Positions 49,602-63,300 of a stretch of DNA of 64,000 bases are shown piece after piece. The notes beneath the pieces were generated by a model, which saw only the letters and a program-made list of their open reading frames with translations, was not told where the DNA came from and searched no databases. Within the stretch, counting starts at the first letter, position 1. Every line of letters begins with the position of its first letter. The DNA is from Phyllobates terribilis (Eukaryota). The stretch lies in contig NW_027362773.1 of assembly GCF_046119375.1 (NCBI RefSeq), positions 113,088,001 through 113,152,000 on the forward strand, written 5' to 3'. Both the position numbers and the translations under genes were made by a program.

Positions 49602-52600
49602 AATAATAATAATAATAGTTTTTATTTTTATAGCGCCAACATATTCCGCAGCACTTTACAAATTTTAGGGGGGACATATACAGACAATACAGAATAAGCA
49701 TATCTCATATCGAAAAGAGTGAGGGCCCTGCTCGCAAGCTTACAGTCTATGAAGAAATGGGGAGACACAAAAGGTAAAATGTACATATATTGTATAATGC
49801 AGCTTTGATATACTAAATAGGATAAATAATAATACATGGACTGGTCGCCAGCCAGTATGTGTGCAGTCCTGACCGAGGCTATTATGTGCATGGTTGGTAT
49901 GAACCTGAAGTTGAGGAAGATTTTAATATGGGGGAAAACTGGGACGGACAGAGTGTGTTCAGGCGATACGCCAGTCTAAAGAAATGTGTTTTTAGGGTTC
50001 GCTTGAAACTGTGGGTATTGGGAATTAATCAAACTGTCCTGGGTAGGGCATTCCAAAGAATTGGCGCAGCACGCGAGAAATCTTGGAGACGGGAGTGGGA
50101 AGTTCGGATTATGGAGGATTTTAGTTTTAAGTCACTGGCAGAACGGAGGGCACGTGTAGGGTGGTAGACTGAGACAAGGGAGGAGATGTAGGGGGGTACT
50201 GAAGCACGGAGCGCTTTGTGGGTAAGCGTGGTAACCAATGCAATGACTGGCACAGGGAAGAGGCATCGGAGTAGCGGTTGGCGAGGAATATGATCCTGGC
50301 TGCTGCGTTAAGGATGGATTGGAGAGGGGAGAGTTTAGTAAGAGGGAGACCGATTAGTAGAGCGTTGCAATAGTCAAGACGAGAATGAATAAGAGCTACA
50401 GTAAGAGTTTTTGCCGAGTCAAAGGTGAGAAAAGTCCTGATTCTTCAGATGTTTTTGAGGTGTAGATGACATGAACGAGCGAGTGATTTGATGTGAGGAG
50501 TGAAGGAAAGATCTGAGTCAAAAATGACCCCAAGACAGCGGGCATGTTGCTGGGGAGTAATGGTTGAGCCACAAACGGAAATGGCAATATCGGGCACAGG
50601 TAGGTTAGTGGAGGGAGGAAAGACAAGTAGTTCAGTTTTTGACAGATTCAGTTTTAGGTAGAGGGAGGACATAATGATAGACACAGCAGAAAGACAATCA
50701 CTGGTCTTTTGTAGTAATGCAGGTGTGATGTCCGGAGCAGAGGTGTATAATTGGGTGTCATCAGCCTAGAGATGGTACTGAAAACCGAATCTGCTGATTG
50801 TTTGTCCAATAGGAGCTGTGTATAAGGAGAAAAGAAGGGGGCCTAGGACTGGTCCTTGAGGAACCCCTACAGTAAGGGGAATGAGAGAGGAGGAGGAGCT
50901 GGCGAAAGACACAGAGAAGGAGCGGTCAGAGAGATAGGAGGAGAACCAGGAGAGAGCAGTGTCCTTGAGGCCAATAGTGCGGAGCATAGTGAGGAGGAGC
51001 TGGGGATCCACAGTGTCGAATGCTGCAGAGAGATCCAGGAGAATCAGCAGGGAATAGAGACCATTAGATTTAGCTGTTAGTAAATCATTAGAGACTTTAG
51101 TGAGGGCAGTTTCAGTAGAATGTAAAGAGCGGAAACCAGATTGTAAAGGGTCAAGAGTTGTCTGAGAGATAGCGGATGAGACGGGAGTGGACCAGGCGTT
51201 CCAGGAGTTTAGAGATAAAGGGAAGATTGGAAACAGGTCTGTAGTTGGCCGTGCAGTTCTGGTCAAGGGATGTTTTTTTAAGTAATGGTTGTATGCTGGC
51301 GTGTTTAAAAGAAGAGGGAAAGATACCAGATGAGAGGGAAAGGTTGAAAATTTTAGTTAGGTGAGTGGTGACAGCTGGAGCAAGGGACTGAAGGAGATGT
51401 GAGGGAATAGGGTCACTGGTGCAGGTGGTAGGGCGAGAAGATGCAAGGAGCCTGATCACTTCATATTCCGTGACTGGTTCGAAGTCAGAAAGTGAGCAGG
51501 ATACAATGTGGGGGGGAGAGCATGCATAACGTTTGGGGATTGGGAGAAAATTTCCTGTCGGATATGGTCAATTTTTTCTTTGAAATAATTGGCCAGATCG
51601 TCAGCGCTGAGGTCGGTGGTCGGGGCCTGTGCTGTTTGATTGAGGAGAGAATGAAACGTGTCAAAGAGTCGTTTAGGATTATTGGAAAGTGAGATTATGA
51701 GGTTGTTAAAGTAGGTTTGTTAGGAGAGGTGAAGCGCAGAGTTATATGTTTTCAGCACCTGGAACACCGCTGGAGGAAACGTGTTTGAGGTGTGTGCCAG
51801 GGTTGTCGTCGTCTATGCTGAATTTTTCTTTGTGTAGGAGGTGCGGCTTCATCCAGGGCGCATAGCATTATTTTGTTATAATGCTTCAATGAAGAGTCGG
51901 GACATGAGAGGGAGGAGATTGGGGCCAATGATGATTGCAACCTTTTTATAAATTTCTGGGTGTTAATGGCGCGTAAATTTCTATAAGTGTGGACGGTGGG
52001 AGTGTCTTGAGTAGAGTCACAGTTCTTGACAGAGAATGAAAGAAGATTATGGTCAGACAGTGGAAGGGGAGAGTTAGTAAAGTCATGTACTGAGCAAAGC
52101 CGGGAGAAGATCAGGTCCAATGTGTTCCCGTCTTCATGTGTAGGAAAATTAGCAAGCTGTGAAAGGCCGAAGGAGGAGGTTAGTGATAAAAGATGAGTGG
52201 CAGATGGGGAAAGAGGATCGCCAATTGGGATGTTAAAATCTCCCATGATTATCGTGGGGATGTCGCAGGAGAGAAAATTTGGAAGCCAGGTAGCAAAGCA
52301 AAGTGATCCAGGAATTGACGGGAGGGACCTGGAGGGCGATAGACAGCCGCCACTCGCAGGGAGAAGGGCCGGTAGAGTCTGATTGTGTGGGCCTCAAAAG
52401 ACGGGAAGATAAGGGAGGGTACAGGGGGGATAACCTGAAAAGTACATTTTGTTGAAAGAAGCAGACCAACACCTCCCCCTGATCTGTTGTCAGGTCGCGG
52501 GGTATGAGAGAAATGTAGGCCACCATAGGAGAGAGCTGCCGCAGCAGTGGTGTCCGACTGCTGGATCCAGGTTTCAGTGAGAGCCAGAAGGTTGAGGGAA

Positions 52601-52732
52601 TTAGAGAGGAAAACGTCATGGATGTAAGAGAGTTTATTACAAGCTGAGCGCGCATTCCAAAGGGCACAGTTGAATGAGACAGAAGATATGCAGGGAATAT
52701 TAATGAGATTAGCAGGGTTTCTGAATGTAACA
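49602..52732 (-). mobile_element. L2-clade LINE, 5'-truncated and decayed, copy 1
   Basis: APE fragment (MGDFNIP, HEDGNTLDLIF, SDHNLL), RT ([21 protein letters not shown]), (TTA)n 3' tail, and TSD GAAAAT (49596-49601 and 52733-52738). Confidence 0.9.
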
Positions 52733-54455
52733 GAAAATGTCCCTTTTAACCAGTTTCAACGGATAAAACGTAACTGCAGCAATGAGGTTGATTTTTAATC
52801 ACAAGCCAATATCCTGCGTGAGCGTTTTCATAGGCAAAGTTACCCCAAAGGGCTTATCAAGCGCGCTTATCAGAAAACTAGGAACTTATCACAAAAACAG
52901 TGCATCCAACCCAAAATGTTATCACAACTTTTAATTCAGCACATGAGTCCATTCGAAACTCACTGCACAAACATTGGCACATTCTTCTAAAAGATCCGAT
53001 TCTGTGTTCTCTCATTCCTAAACATCCTAAGGTTACCTTCAGGCGAGCCCCTACGCTGAGAAACATCCTAGCCCCCAGCCGCCTGAAACACACGACCCCC
53101 AGTGGTACATGCATCAATAAACGTTCACAAAAAAATGGGAGTTTCAAATGCTTTTCGAGACAATGCCTTTGTTGCAACAGCATTAAACACAATACCCAAA
53201 CTTTTAAATCTAACCATACAGGTGAAGTTTTTACTATCAAGTCAAATATGAGCTGTCAATCTCGCTTCATTATATACCTCATAGAATGCCAATGTGGCCT
53301 GCAGTACGTGGGCAGGACCACCCAGACACTACACCGAAGGCTTAACTCTCATCGCTCCAATATTGTAAAAGGTTTCATGAAGCATGGTTTATCCCGGCAT
53401 TGCGCATTGGTGCACTGTAAGAATGCCACAGGCATCTCTATCACACCAATTGAATCCATTTCCCTTCATCTCCCAAACCCTATGGAAACCTTGAAGAGAA
53501 AATAAATATATTGGATATACAGGATCAGCACCCTTAAACCCTATGGACTCAATGAAATTACTGAGATTTTTATTTAATTATTTATTTTATTCTATTTTTA
53601 TCTCTGCACAGTCGTTGCATAGGGTCACAGATCCTTTTTTTATGTATTTTCTTAGATACTTTTTCTGATTTTTATTTTAATATTAATTTTTATTAATATC
53701 CCCATTTTTAATTCTATATCACAATGTGTTTTATCCTAAACAATCAATATACACATGATCTTGGATCCAATTTATCCATTCTTGAAAATTCATTTTTAAT
53801 TTTTTGTTTGTTTGTTTTTAGTTATTTCCTCCTTGTATTTATGAAAATTATTATCCCCATTTCATTTTTCATCCCCCTTTTTTTTAACTCTCCTGCACTC
53901 CAAACCGCAATCTTTACAACACTTTTGTCCTTTTTATTCATTTATAAGTATAGTTCCCTTTTCTGTATCACCTTCACCTCATCCACCTTGATGGCTCCTC
54001 TGTTAAATGTTGTCCTTCTGATGTCCATACACTGCCCCATCCCAGGTTCTAATCACATTTCTCCTACACTCCAATCGCTTCTCAACAATTTGTCTTTTAT
54101 TTATGTGGTGCCATTTATATGCATAGTTCCCCTCTTTCCTTTGTCCCCTTTCCCACATTTTCCTGGGTGGCTCACCTGTTAGATATTCACTCACTGGCTT
54201 CTATTCACTGCCCCATCCTGGGTTCTTATCCCACTTCTCCTACATTGCAATCATTCAATTGTTAACATTTTATCAGTATTAAGGATGGGCCCCCCCAACT
54301 TTAATTTATTTGAAATTGCAAATTGAACGTCCCTCCCCTTCCTAATTTTCTTATTGGTTTAAGTGTTCCTGTGGGTGTTCCCTATGTAACTGGCATCCAT
54401 TTTGGGCCTTTAAAAACCCATCCATTCTCATGCTGTACACATTTGTTTTTTTTTA

Positions 54456-54500
54456 CTTGAAAAAGATGCCGGTACAGCGTTGAAACGCGTTGTTAATAAA
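54456..54500 (+). ncRNA. Atypical hammerhead-like motif in the Penelope 3' region
   Basis: CTTGAAAAAG-ATGC-loop-GCGT-TGAAACGCGTTG with a palindromic stem III, followed by AATAAA. The core is non-canonical. Confidence 0.35.
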
Positions 54501-55048
54501 AAGCCTTTTTCATCATCATCATCATCTCTGAAGAATTGATTCACTTCAGCAGCGCAGCCCACCTATGTGTTTATCCAACTGGATCCAATATCTCCTGGAG
54601 GATTTATCCACCAGCCACGGGACAGCAGCAGCTGGTTTTCTTCATGCCTTCATAGGAGTTGTGCCTGTCACAACTCCATCAGGTGAGTGTAACCAGCACT
54701 TTCCTACTCTCCCTCCATAGGGTATCAACCTATTGTGCGCTCTGTTCCCCACATTTAGATCTACATACAAACCCAAAAGATGGCTGATTTATCAGTGGAC
54801 GGACCTTCACTTTACCAGCATTGGTCTTGATGTGTTTGGACCTTGGTCAGTTGTTACACAACATACTAGAAGAGGTCAAGCCGGGGGGCGTGGCCTGGCC
54901 GGGCATGTGAGAAGACGTGAGGCAGAAGAGCTCCTATAACCCTGTCCTATAATCCTTCCTGGCCAAGGGAATCATTGCTTCTAAAAGATCTCACCAGGTG
55001 GCCTGGGGTCTCAGGAGTGCGGGGGAGCAGTCGGTGGTGCAGAACGGG

Positions 55049-56134
55049 ATGACCCGGCGAGATAGCAAGCAGAGGCAGGCGGCTGGCTCATCACAGCACG
55101 AGGGCCAAAATGGAGCGGTGGCCTCTGAGGCGGGAGCTGAAACTCCAAGACAGCGGGAGAAGCGCATGGGGGTGGTGAACAGGCTCTCCAAATATGCGCA
55201 TGGCGGAGGAGCTGAGGAGCTTACACCCGACCAGAATGTGCAGACATTGAAGAGCACGGTAACTGAAGGGGATGTGGAGAGGGCAGCGGGGGAGACACAT
55301 GAGAGGAATGTGCAGGCTGCTAAAACAACAACTCCCCCCAGCAGAGAGGCTCAGGTTACCAGTGGTGCTGACTCACTGGCCAAGGATGATGAGCCTACTT
55401 TAAAAGATGTGCTGCTGGCCATCTCACATAGTAAAGCTGATCTCACTGAACACATAGGGTCTGTGAAAGTGGACATATCTCATATACGCCATGACATGTA
55501 GAAAATGAGGGAGCGCCTCACTGCAACAGAAGGCAGAGTGGGGGATTTGGAGGATACTGTGTCTCCTATGACTAAAACGCTTAAAACAGCTACTGACTCT
55601 ATTAACTATTTACTCAATAAAGCGGATGATCTTGAAAATCGTCTGAGAAGAAATAACGTGCGTATTGTGGGTGTGCCTGAGAAGGCGGAGGGCAGGGAGG
55701 TGGTGGACTTTTTTGAGAAATGGCTGCTGCAATCCTTTGGAAAGGATAAATTCTCTAAAATGTTCGCTATTGAAAGGGCACACAGGGTCCCCACCAGACC
55801 TCCGCCGCCTGGGGCAATGCCGCGTACAGTTCTAATCAAAATGCTGCATTTTCGTGACAGAGATAAAATCCTACAATTGGCGCGGTCTGCTAATGACTTA
55901 TGTATAGAGGGGGCGAGAGTGTCCTTCTATCCTGATTTTTCTGTGGAGGTTCAAAGGAGACGCGCCCAATTTCAAGATATCAAGCGCAGACTGAGAGCAC
56001 TTCAAGTACCCTATGCAATGCTATATCCTGCACGGCTGCGGGTCACAGCACTGGGTGAAACTCATTTCTTTGATTCACCAAAGGAGGCTGCAAAGTGGAT
56101 GGACTTAAAAGAGAGACAAATCCGGACGGGCTGA
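55049..56134 (+). pseudogene. L1 ORF1p (coiled coil and RRM-like), one in-frame stop
   Basis: DDLENRLRRNNVRIVGVPE, IERAHRV, FYPDFS, YAMLYPARLRV; TAG at 55499-55501. The start codon is inferred. Confidence 0.85.
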
Positions 56135-56700
56135 CACCAATTTTGAGAAGATTCTTGACAGATTATAATATAATAATTCAAGAAATTTGAATTCTAGTGG
56201 ATAATACTCCGCTGTTGGCTAATGAATCTCTGTTTATAAATGTTATGATTATTATTTTACAGTTATTATATACTGTTCATAACCTGGCTCTCATATATAC
56301 CTCGGGCAGGCCAATAATACTTATATGGTTGTTGAGGTGCTGGTTTCACCTACAATGTATAGGCAGGGTTAAGACACTCTGCCGCTTGAATGTTCTGGGA
56401 ACGTTGTGTGGGGGGGAGTGAGGGAGCCTGTGATGCAACTCATGTTGCGGCGCCTCGTGCGCTTAAGGCCTACTAGGCTGCATGAGGCTAAACACCAGAC
56501 TCTTCATGTTACGGCTGTTGGTATTCATTTGATCAAGGGGGGGGGGGGATGTTAAATGAGGCAGTGAGGGGGGGTAAAAGAACAGAATTTACTTTGATTG
56601 GTGCAGACTGTGTATTAATACAATACTATAATCTTGATGATCAGACACACGTGTGGGTACAGAGGGGGGCATGTGACAGTTCATCTTCAATCGTTAAAAC

Positions 56701-59700
56701 ATGGTTAAGCAGGTTAATGTAGTATCCTGGAATATTAGAGGTATGGGAGATCACAACAAAAGATTTGCGGCACTTAAATATCTTAAGGAATATCGGGATT
56801 CGATAATCTGTCTGCAGGAGACGCATTGCAATACGGAGGCCGCTGCGGCACTGAGCAAGCTTTGGAGGGGGCCGGCATATCATTCTACACATAGTACTTA
56901 TTCTAGGGGGGTTAGTATATTGATTCACCCGAATTTACCCTTTGAATGTGAGAGAAGTATCTGTGACAGGGAGGGTAGGTATGTATGTCTAGTGTGCAGA
57001 GTGGCTGGACTTAGAATTTGCCTAATCGCTCTATATGTTCCTCCACCTTTCTCTATACAGACTCTGCGACAACTATTCCCGTGTATAACGGAATTTGCTA
57101 CCATACCCCTGTTAGTTATCGGTGATTTTAATATGTATCTACACGCTGAGCTTGATAAGTATAGGGGTAATGTGGGGGGAGGGGCTGCTCAAGAGACATC
57201 GTTGGCAAGGGTCCTGCAGGAAATCAGTCTGGTAGATGTGTGGCGGGCTCGATTCCCAAATGTTAAGCAGTATTCGTGTTATTCAGCATCCTATTCCTCT
57301 CTGTCCAGAATTGACCTGGCTCTGGGAAATAGTCATCTAGTCCCTCTAGTTACTAAAGTAGAATACTGTATGAGATTGTTATCTGATCATTCACCATTAT
57401 TGGTTGTTCTGGGGGTCGATCCTGGCACCATAAACAGAAGGGCACTGTAGCAGGTAAATTGGATCATTTCTTTAGAGACAATATAGGCTCTGCTCCTTTA
57501 GATACGGTATGGGAAGCCATGAAGGCATTCTTAAGGGGGATCCTGATTAAGGAAATTTCCGTGATCAAATCCAAAAACAGGGTCCGTCTTCAGGAGCTGC
57601 GGAGGGAAGTAGACATATTGGAACAGAGGTATGTTGAGTCTCCAAGCATAGAGAATAGGGAGCACTGGACACGGGCACAGGCTACACTAAATGATCATAT
57701 ATTGAAACAAGCAGAGCATAGACGGTTCTTTCTTAAACAACAGTTTTATGTGGAGGGAGAGAGTGCAGGGCACTTGCTGGCCACTATAGCCAAGGCCCAG
57801 ACTGGGGCTCCTATGATTGCAGCCATCAGGGATACTAAGGGTGTGGTAATTACTGATTCAAAGGCTATAATGGAAGAATTTTTTCAGTTCTATAGACAAT
57901 TATATGCGTCCAAACTGACTAAGGCGCAAAGGGACATAGATCTATACCTTCATGATATGCAAATACCATGCCTAACAGATAGCCAGAGGGAGCAACTAGA
58001 TGCACCAATCACCCTGGAGGAGATGCAGGAAGCTTTAAAAGATTTTCAAAATAACAAAGCCCCTGGTACTGATGGGATCCCCGCGGAAATTTATAAGGAG
58101 GCTGGGGGGGTTTTACTTCCCAGGTTACTGGAAGTGTTTAAGGGGGCAAGGGAAGGGGGGGGCTTTGCCGACTTCAATAAGGGAGGCTAACGTAGTTCTT
58201 TTGCCAAAACCTGGAAAGGATGCATTAAACCCTGAATCATATAGGCCAATATCCTTACTCTCAGTAGATGTTAAAATTTTAGCTAAGGTCTTGGCTACCA
58301 GATTGGTGGCGGTTATTACACATCTGGTTGCAGAAGACCAAACTGGGTTTATACCGGCCAAGTCGACGGCAATTAACTTGCGTCGGCTTTTTCTTAATCT
58401 ACAAATGCAGTCACAAAATACGGGTGGTAGGGCAGTACTATCACTTGATGACGCTAAGGCTTTTGATAGTGTCGAATGGGAGTATTTATGGGCTGTTTTG
58501 CGAAAAATGGGGTTCGGTACTGGATTCCGGGCCTGGGTACGGCTTCTATATAACAATCCGCTAGCTCGGATTAGAATTAATGGTAGTCTTTCTGGTAGCA
58601 TCGAAATGGGCAGGGGCACGCGTCAAGGCTGCCCGTTGTCTCCCCTACTGTTCGCCCTGGCTGTGGAGCCATTGGCTGTTAAGCTTCGTTCCAGCAGTGA
58701 AATTCAGGGTTTCCGCTACAAAACACTGGAGGAGCGGGTGGCCCTATATGCTGACGACCTTCTGTTGTTTTTGGGTGACACGGAGCAATCTCTGACGACA
58801 GCTATGAATTTAATAAGGGAGTTTGGAGATCATTCCGGCTTACGGATTAATTGGGACAAATCAGTTCTTATGCCGGTTGATAGTTTGTCTCAGAATACTA
58901 GGGTAGGGAATACTTGCTTGAAGGTGGTGCGAGAATTTAAATATCTCGGAGTTAGAGTGACCACATCTATCGGAGATTACATTCCTTTAAACTTACTTGA
59001 ACTGCTTACTAAATTTCAACAAAAGGCCAATACTTGGAGCAAACTTCCCCTATCAATGGTAGGTCGAACTAACTTAATTAAAATGGTGTTAATGCCCCAA
59101 TTATTATATATCCTTCATAATTCACCGGTTTGGATCCCCATGAGAATATTTTATAAATTTCAGGCACTGTTTCGGGAATTGATCTGAAAAAAGGGGTGGC
59201 CAGAATCAGCTTGGATACACTTCAAAGGCCCAAAGATCAGGAAGGACTAGCCGCACCTAATCCATGGATATATTTTCTAGCTTCTCAAATGCAACAGCTC
59301 TGGTTAATCCAGGGGAACCTAGATAAACTGATACGTCTACTCTCACACAATCTGCCAATTACCTCCTTTCTAGAAACAGGAATCTCGGGGTGGGATGCTA
59401 GGAGACACCTCCCGACCCTAGCACTTATGGGGAAAACGTGGCAGAAAATCAAATTGTTGTTGGGAATAAAAGGCTTTACCCCGTTTACTCCGCTGGAGTA
59501 TAATTTACCCCTATATTCTAAAGTGTGTGTATTAGGCCTTGTAGAAATAATAGGATGTGAAGAGGATGAAATAATAGCTGTTAAGAGGACTCTATATCAG
59601 ATCAGAAAGCTTATAGCTGCACATTGGTTGGATCCCTCCCCTCTCAGGTTCCAGGAATTCTTGGATAGAAAGCGTCTTTTATTAAGATTAGAAGAGGGAG

Positions 59701-59801
59701 TGTACAAAAAGCGGAAGGCTATACGTAAATTCGATAAAATCTGGGGTAAATGGAGCAAGTTTCATGGTTATCATATTATGTCTATTTTAAATATCACTTG
59801 A
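56701..59801 (+). pseudogene. L1 ORF2p (APE endonuclease and RT), with stops, frameshifts and deletions
   Basis: SWNIRG, LQETH, GDFN, SRID, SDH (endonuclease); GTRQGCPLSP and YADD (RT). Split across ORFs 56701-57450, 57459-58190, 58072-59187 and 59196-59801. Confidence 0.9.
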
Positions 59802-60364
59802 ATTTAAAATGTTGTGGTCTCTCATGTTCTGTATAACTAATTACTGATTATCAGATACTAAGCTCTGTACCCATGGATCAAACTAGTAATGCTTTAACAG
59901 TCGGATAAGCTTTATGATGGTATACGGTTTGTAACAAAATTTGCTTTTGCCATATGGTTCTTGGGGCTGTTATGGGTGGGGGGAAGGGGAACGGGTGGGT
60001 CTTGAGAGGCACTGCTAGTTTAGTGATGCTTCACTGTTGTTTATGTATAATGTTATAAAAAGTCTTTTAATAAAAAAATATCTGATTTAAAAAAAAAGAA
60101 GAGGTCAAGCCTAAAGTAAATGTTGGGCAGTCATATTCATCTGCATGTCCATCAGGGCTGTCCACATAGAGGTCATTGAGCCCCTCACCTCTAGAGTTTC
60201 ATCAATGCTCTCAGATGATTTATTGCCACCCATCAAACACATATGTTCAGACAGAGGTACTAACTTTGTTGGTGCTGCCAAAGAATTAGGGATTTCTTCA
60301 AATCTGAACTGCAAAACTATTAAGAGATTCCTTAGAGACCACAGACCTCTCATCAGGGACAACA

Positions 60365-63300
60365 TGTAATTACTAAAACTTTTTTTAAAGATGTGGATGC
60401 CAATAGTTATATCCATTTTTCCAGCGGTCACTATAAAAAGTGGCTTGAAAATAATAATAATAATAATAGTTTTTATTTTTATAGCGCCAACATATTCCGC
60501 AGCACTTTACAAATTTTAGGGGGGACATGTGCAGACAATACAGAATAAGCATATCTCATATCGAAAGGAGTGAGGGCTCTGCTCGCAAGCTTTTGTAGTC
60601 TTTTGTAGTAATGCAGGGGTGATGTCCGGAGGAGAGGTGTATAATTGGGTGTCATCAGCATAGAGATGGTACTGAAAACCGAATCTGCTGATTGTTTGTC
60701 CAATAGGAGCTGTGTATAAGGAGAAAAGAAGGGGGCCTAGGACTGGTCCTTGAGGAACCCCTACAGTAAGAGGAAGTAGGGAGGAGGAGGAGCCGGCAAA
60801 AGACACAGAGAAGGAGCGGTCAGAGAGATAGGAGGAGAACCAGGAGAGAACAGTGTCCTTGAGGCCAATAGTGCGGAGAATAGTGAGGAGGAGCTGGTGA
60901 TCCACAGTGTCGAATGCTGCAGAGAGATCCAGGAGAATCAGCAGGGAGCAGTGACCATTAGATTTAGCTGTTAGTAAATCATTAGAGACTTTAGTGAGGG
61001 CAGTTTCAGTAGAATGTAAAGAGCGGAAACCAGATTGTAAAGGGTCAAGAAGAGAGTTGTCTGAGAGATAGCGGATGAGACTGGAGTGGACCAGGCGTTC
61101 CAGGAGTTTAGAGATAAAGGGAAGATTGGAAACAGGTCTGTAGTTGGCCGTGCAGTTCTGGTCAAGGGATGGTTTTTTAAGTAATTGTTGTATGCAGGCG
61201 TGTTTAAAAGAAGAGGGAAAGATACCAGATGAGAGGGAAAGGTTGAAAATTTTAGTTAGGTGAGTGGTGACAGCTGGAGCAAGGGACTGAAGGAGATGTG
61301 AGGGAATAGGGTCACTGGTGCAGGTGGTAGGGCGAGAAGATGCAAGGAGCCTGATCACTTCATCTTCCGTGACTGGTTCGAAGTCAGAAAGTGAGCAGGA
61401 TACAATGTGGCGGGGGAGAACATGCATAACATTTGGGGATTGGGAGAAAATTTCCTGTCGGATATGGTCAATTTTTTCTTTGAAATAATTGGCCAGATCG
61501 TCAGCGCTGAGGTCGGTGGTCGGGGCCTGTGCTGTTTGATTGAGAGAATGAAACGTGTCAAAGAGTCGTTTAGGATTATTGGAAAGTGAGATGATGAAGT
61601 TGTTAAAGTAGGTTTGTTTGGAGAGGTGAAGCGCAGAGTTATATGTTTTCAGCATAAATTTATAATGGAGGAATTCTTCGGGCAGATTTGATTTTCTCCA
61701 CAGCCGTTCAGCGCACCTGGAACACCGCTGGAGAAGACGTGTTTGAGGCGTGTGCCAGGGTTGTCGCCGTCTATGCTGAATTTTTCTTTGTGTAGGAGGT
61801 GCAGCTTCATCCAGGGCGCATAGCATTATTTTGTTATAATGCTTCAATGCAGAGTCGGGACATGAGAGGGAGGAGATTGGGGCCAATGATGATTGCAACC
61901 TTTTTATAAATTTCTGGGTGTTAATGGCGCGTAAATTTCTTTAAGTGTGGACGGTGGGAGTGTCTTGAGTAGATTCACAGTTCTTGACAGAGAATGAAAG
62001 AAGATTATGGTCAGAGAGTGGAAGGGGAGAGTTAGTAAAGTCATGTACTGAGCAAAGCCGGGAGAAGATCAGGTCCAATGTGTTCCCGTCTTCATGTGTA
62101 GGAGAATTAGCAAGCTGTGAAAGGCCGAAGGAGGAGGTTAGTGATAAAAGGTGAGCGGCAGATGGGGAAAGAGAATCGCTAATTGGGATGTTAAAATCTT
62201 CCATGATTATCGTGGGGATGTCGCAGGATAGAAAATTTGGAAGCCAGGCAGCAAAGTGATCCAGGAATTGACGGGGGGGACCTGGAGGGCGATAGACAAC
62301 CGCCACTCGCAGGGAGAAGGGTTGGTAGAGTCTGACTGTGTGGGCCTCAAAAGACGGGAAGATAAGGGAGGGTACAGGGGGGATAACCTGAAAAGTACAT
62401 TTTGTTGAAAGAAGCAGACCAACACCTCCTCCTGATCTGTTGTCAGGTCGCGGGGTATGAGAGAAATGTAGGCCACCATAGGAGAGAGCTGCCGCAGCAG
62501 TGGTGTCCGACTGCTGGATCCAGGTTTCAGTGAGAGTCAGAAGGTTGAGGGAATTAGAGAGGAAAAAGTCATGGATGTAAGAGAGTTTATTACAAGCTGA
62601 GCGCGCATTCCAAAGGGCACAGCTGAATGAGACAGAAGATATGCAGGGAATATTAATGAGATTAGCAGGGTTTCTGAATGTAACAGAAAATGTCCCTTTT
62701 AACCAGTTTCAACAGATAAAACGTAACTGCAGCAATGAGGTTGATTTTGAATCACAAGGCAATATCCTGCGTGAGCGTTTTCATAGGCAAAGTTACCCCA
62801 AAGGGCTTATCAAGCGCGCTTATCAGAAAACTAGGAACTTATCACAAAAACAGTGCATCCAACCCAAAATTTTATCACAACTTTTAATTCAGCACGAGTC
62901 CATTCGAAACTCACTGCACAAACATTGGCACATTCTTCTAAAAGATCCGATTCTGTGTTCTCTCATTCCTAAACAGCCTAAGGTTACCTTCAGGCGAGCC
63001 CCTACGCTGAGAAACATGCTAGCCCCCAGCCGCCTGAAACACACGACCCCCAGTGGTACATGCATCAATAAACGTTCACAAAAAAATGGGAGTTTCAAAT
63101 GCTTTTCGAGACAATGCCTTTGTTGCAACAGCATTAAACACAATACCCAAACTTTTAAATCTAACCATACAGGTGAAGTTTTTACTATCAAGTCAAATAT
63201 GAGCTGTCAATCTCGCTTCATTATATACCTCATAGAATGCCAATGTGGCCTGCAGTACGTGGGCAGGACCACCCAGACACTACACCGAAGGCTTAACTCT

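Larger units (their letters stand above)
49514..54767 (+). mobile_element. Penelope-like element (Neptune-type), 5'-truncated, copy 1, interrupted by L2
   Basis: RT C-terminus ITKTFFKDVDANSYIHFSSGHYKKWLEN|VPFNQFQRIKRNC is split by the L2. Cys linker CFSRQCLCC and GIY-YIG IIYLIECQCGLQYVGRT (52900-53577). AT-rich 3' region with an HHR-like motif and AATAAA. Confidence 0.85.
54883..60096 (+). mobile_element. Full-length L1-clade LINE, inactivated
   Basis: 15-bp TSD AGAAGAGGTCAAGCC (54868-54882 and 60097-60111), 5' end GGGGGGCGTGGCC, and AATAAA plus an A tail. Confidence 0.93.

Noticed and set aside
53724-54182. Hydrophobic 152-aa ORF resembling a membrane protein
   Set aside because: T-rich Penelope 3' region. 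The reading frame is not preserved in the duplicate copy (indels near 63750-63830).
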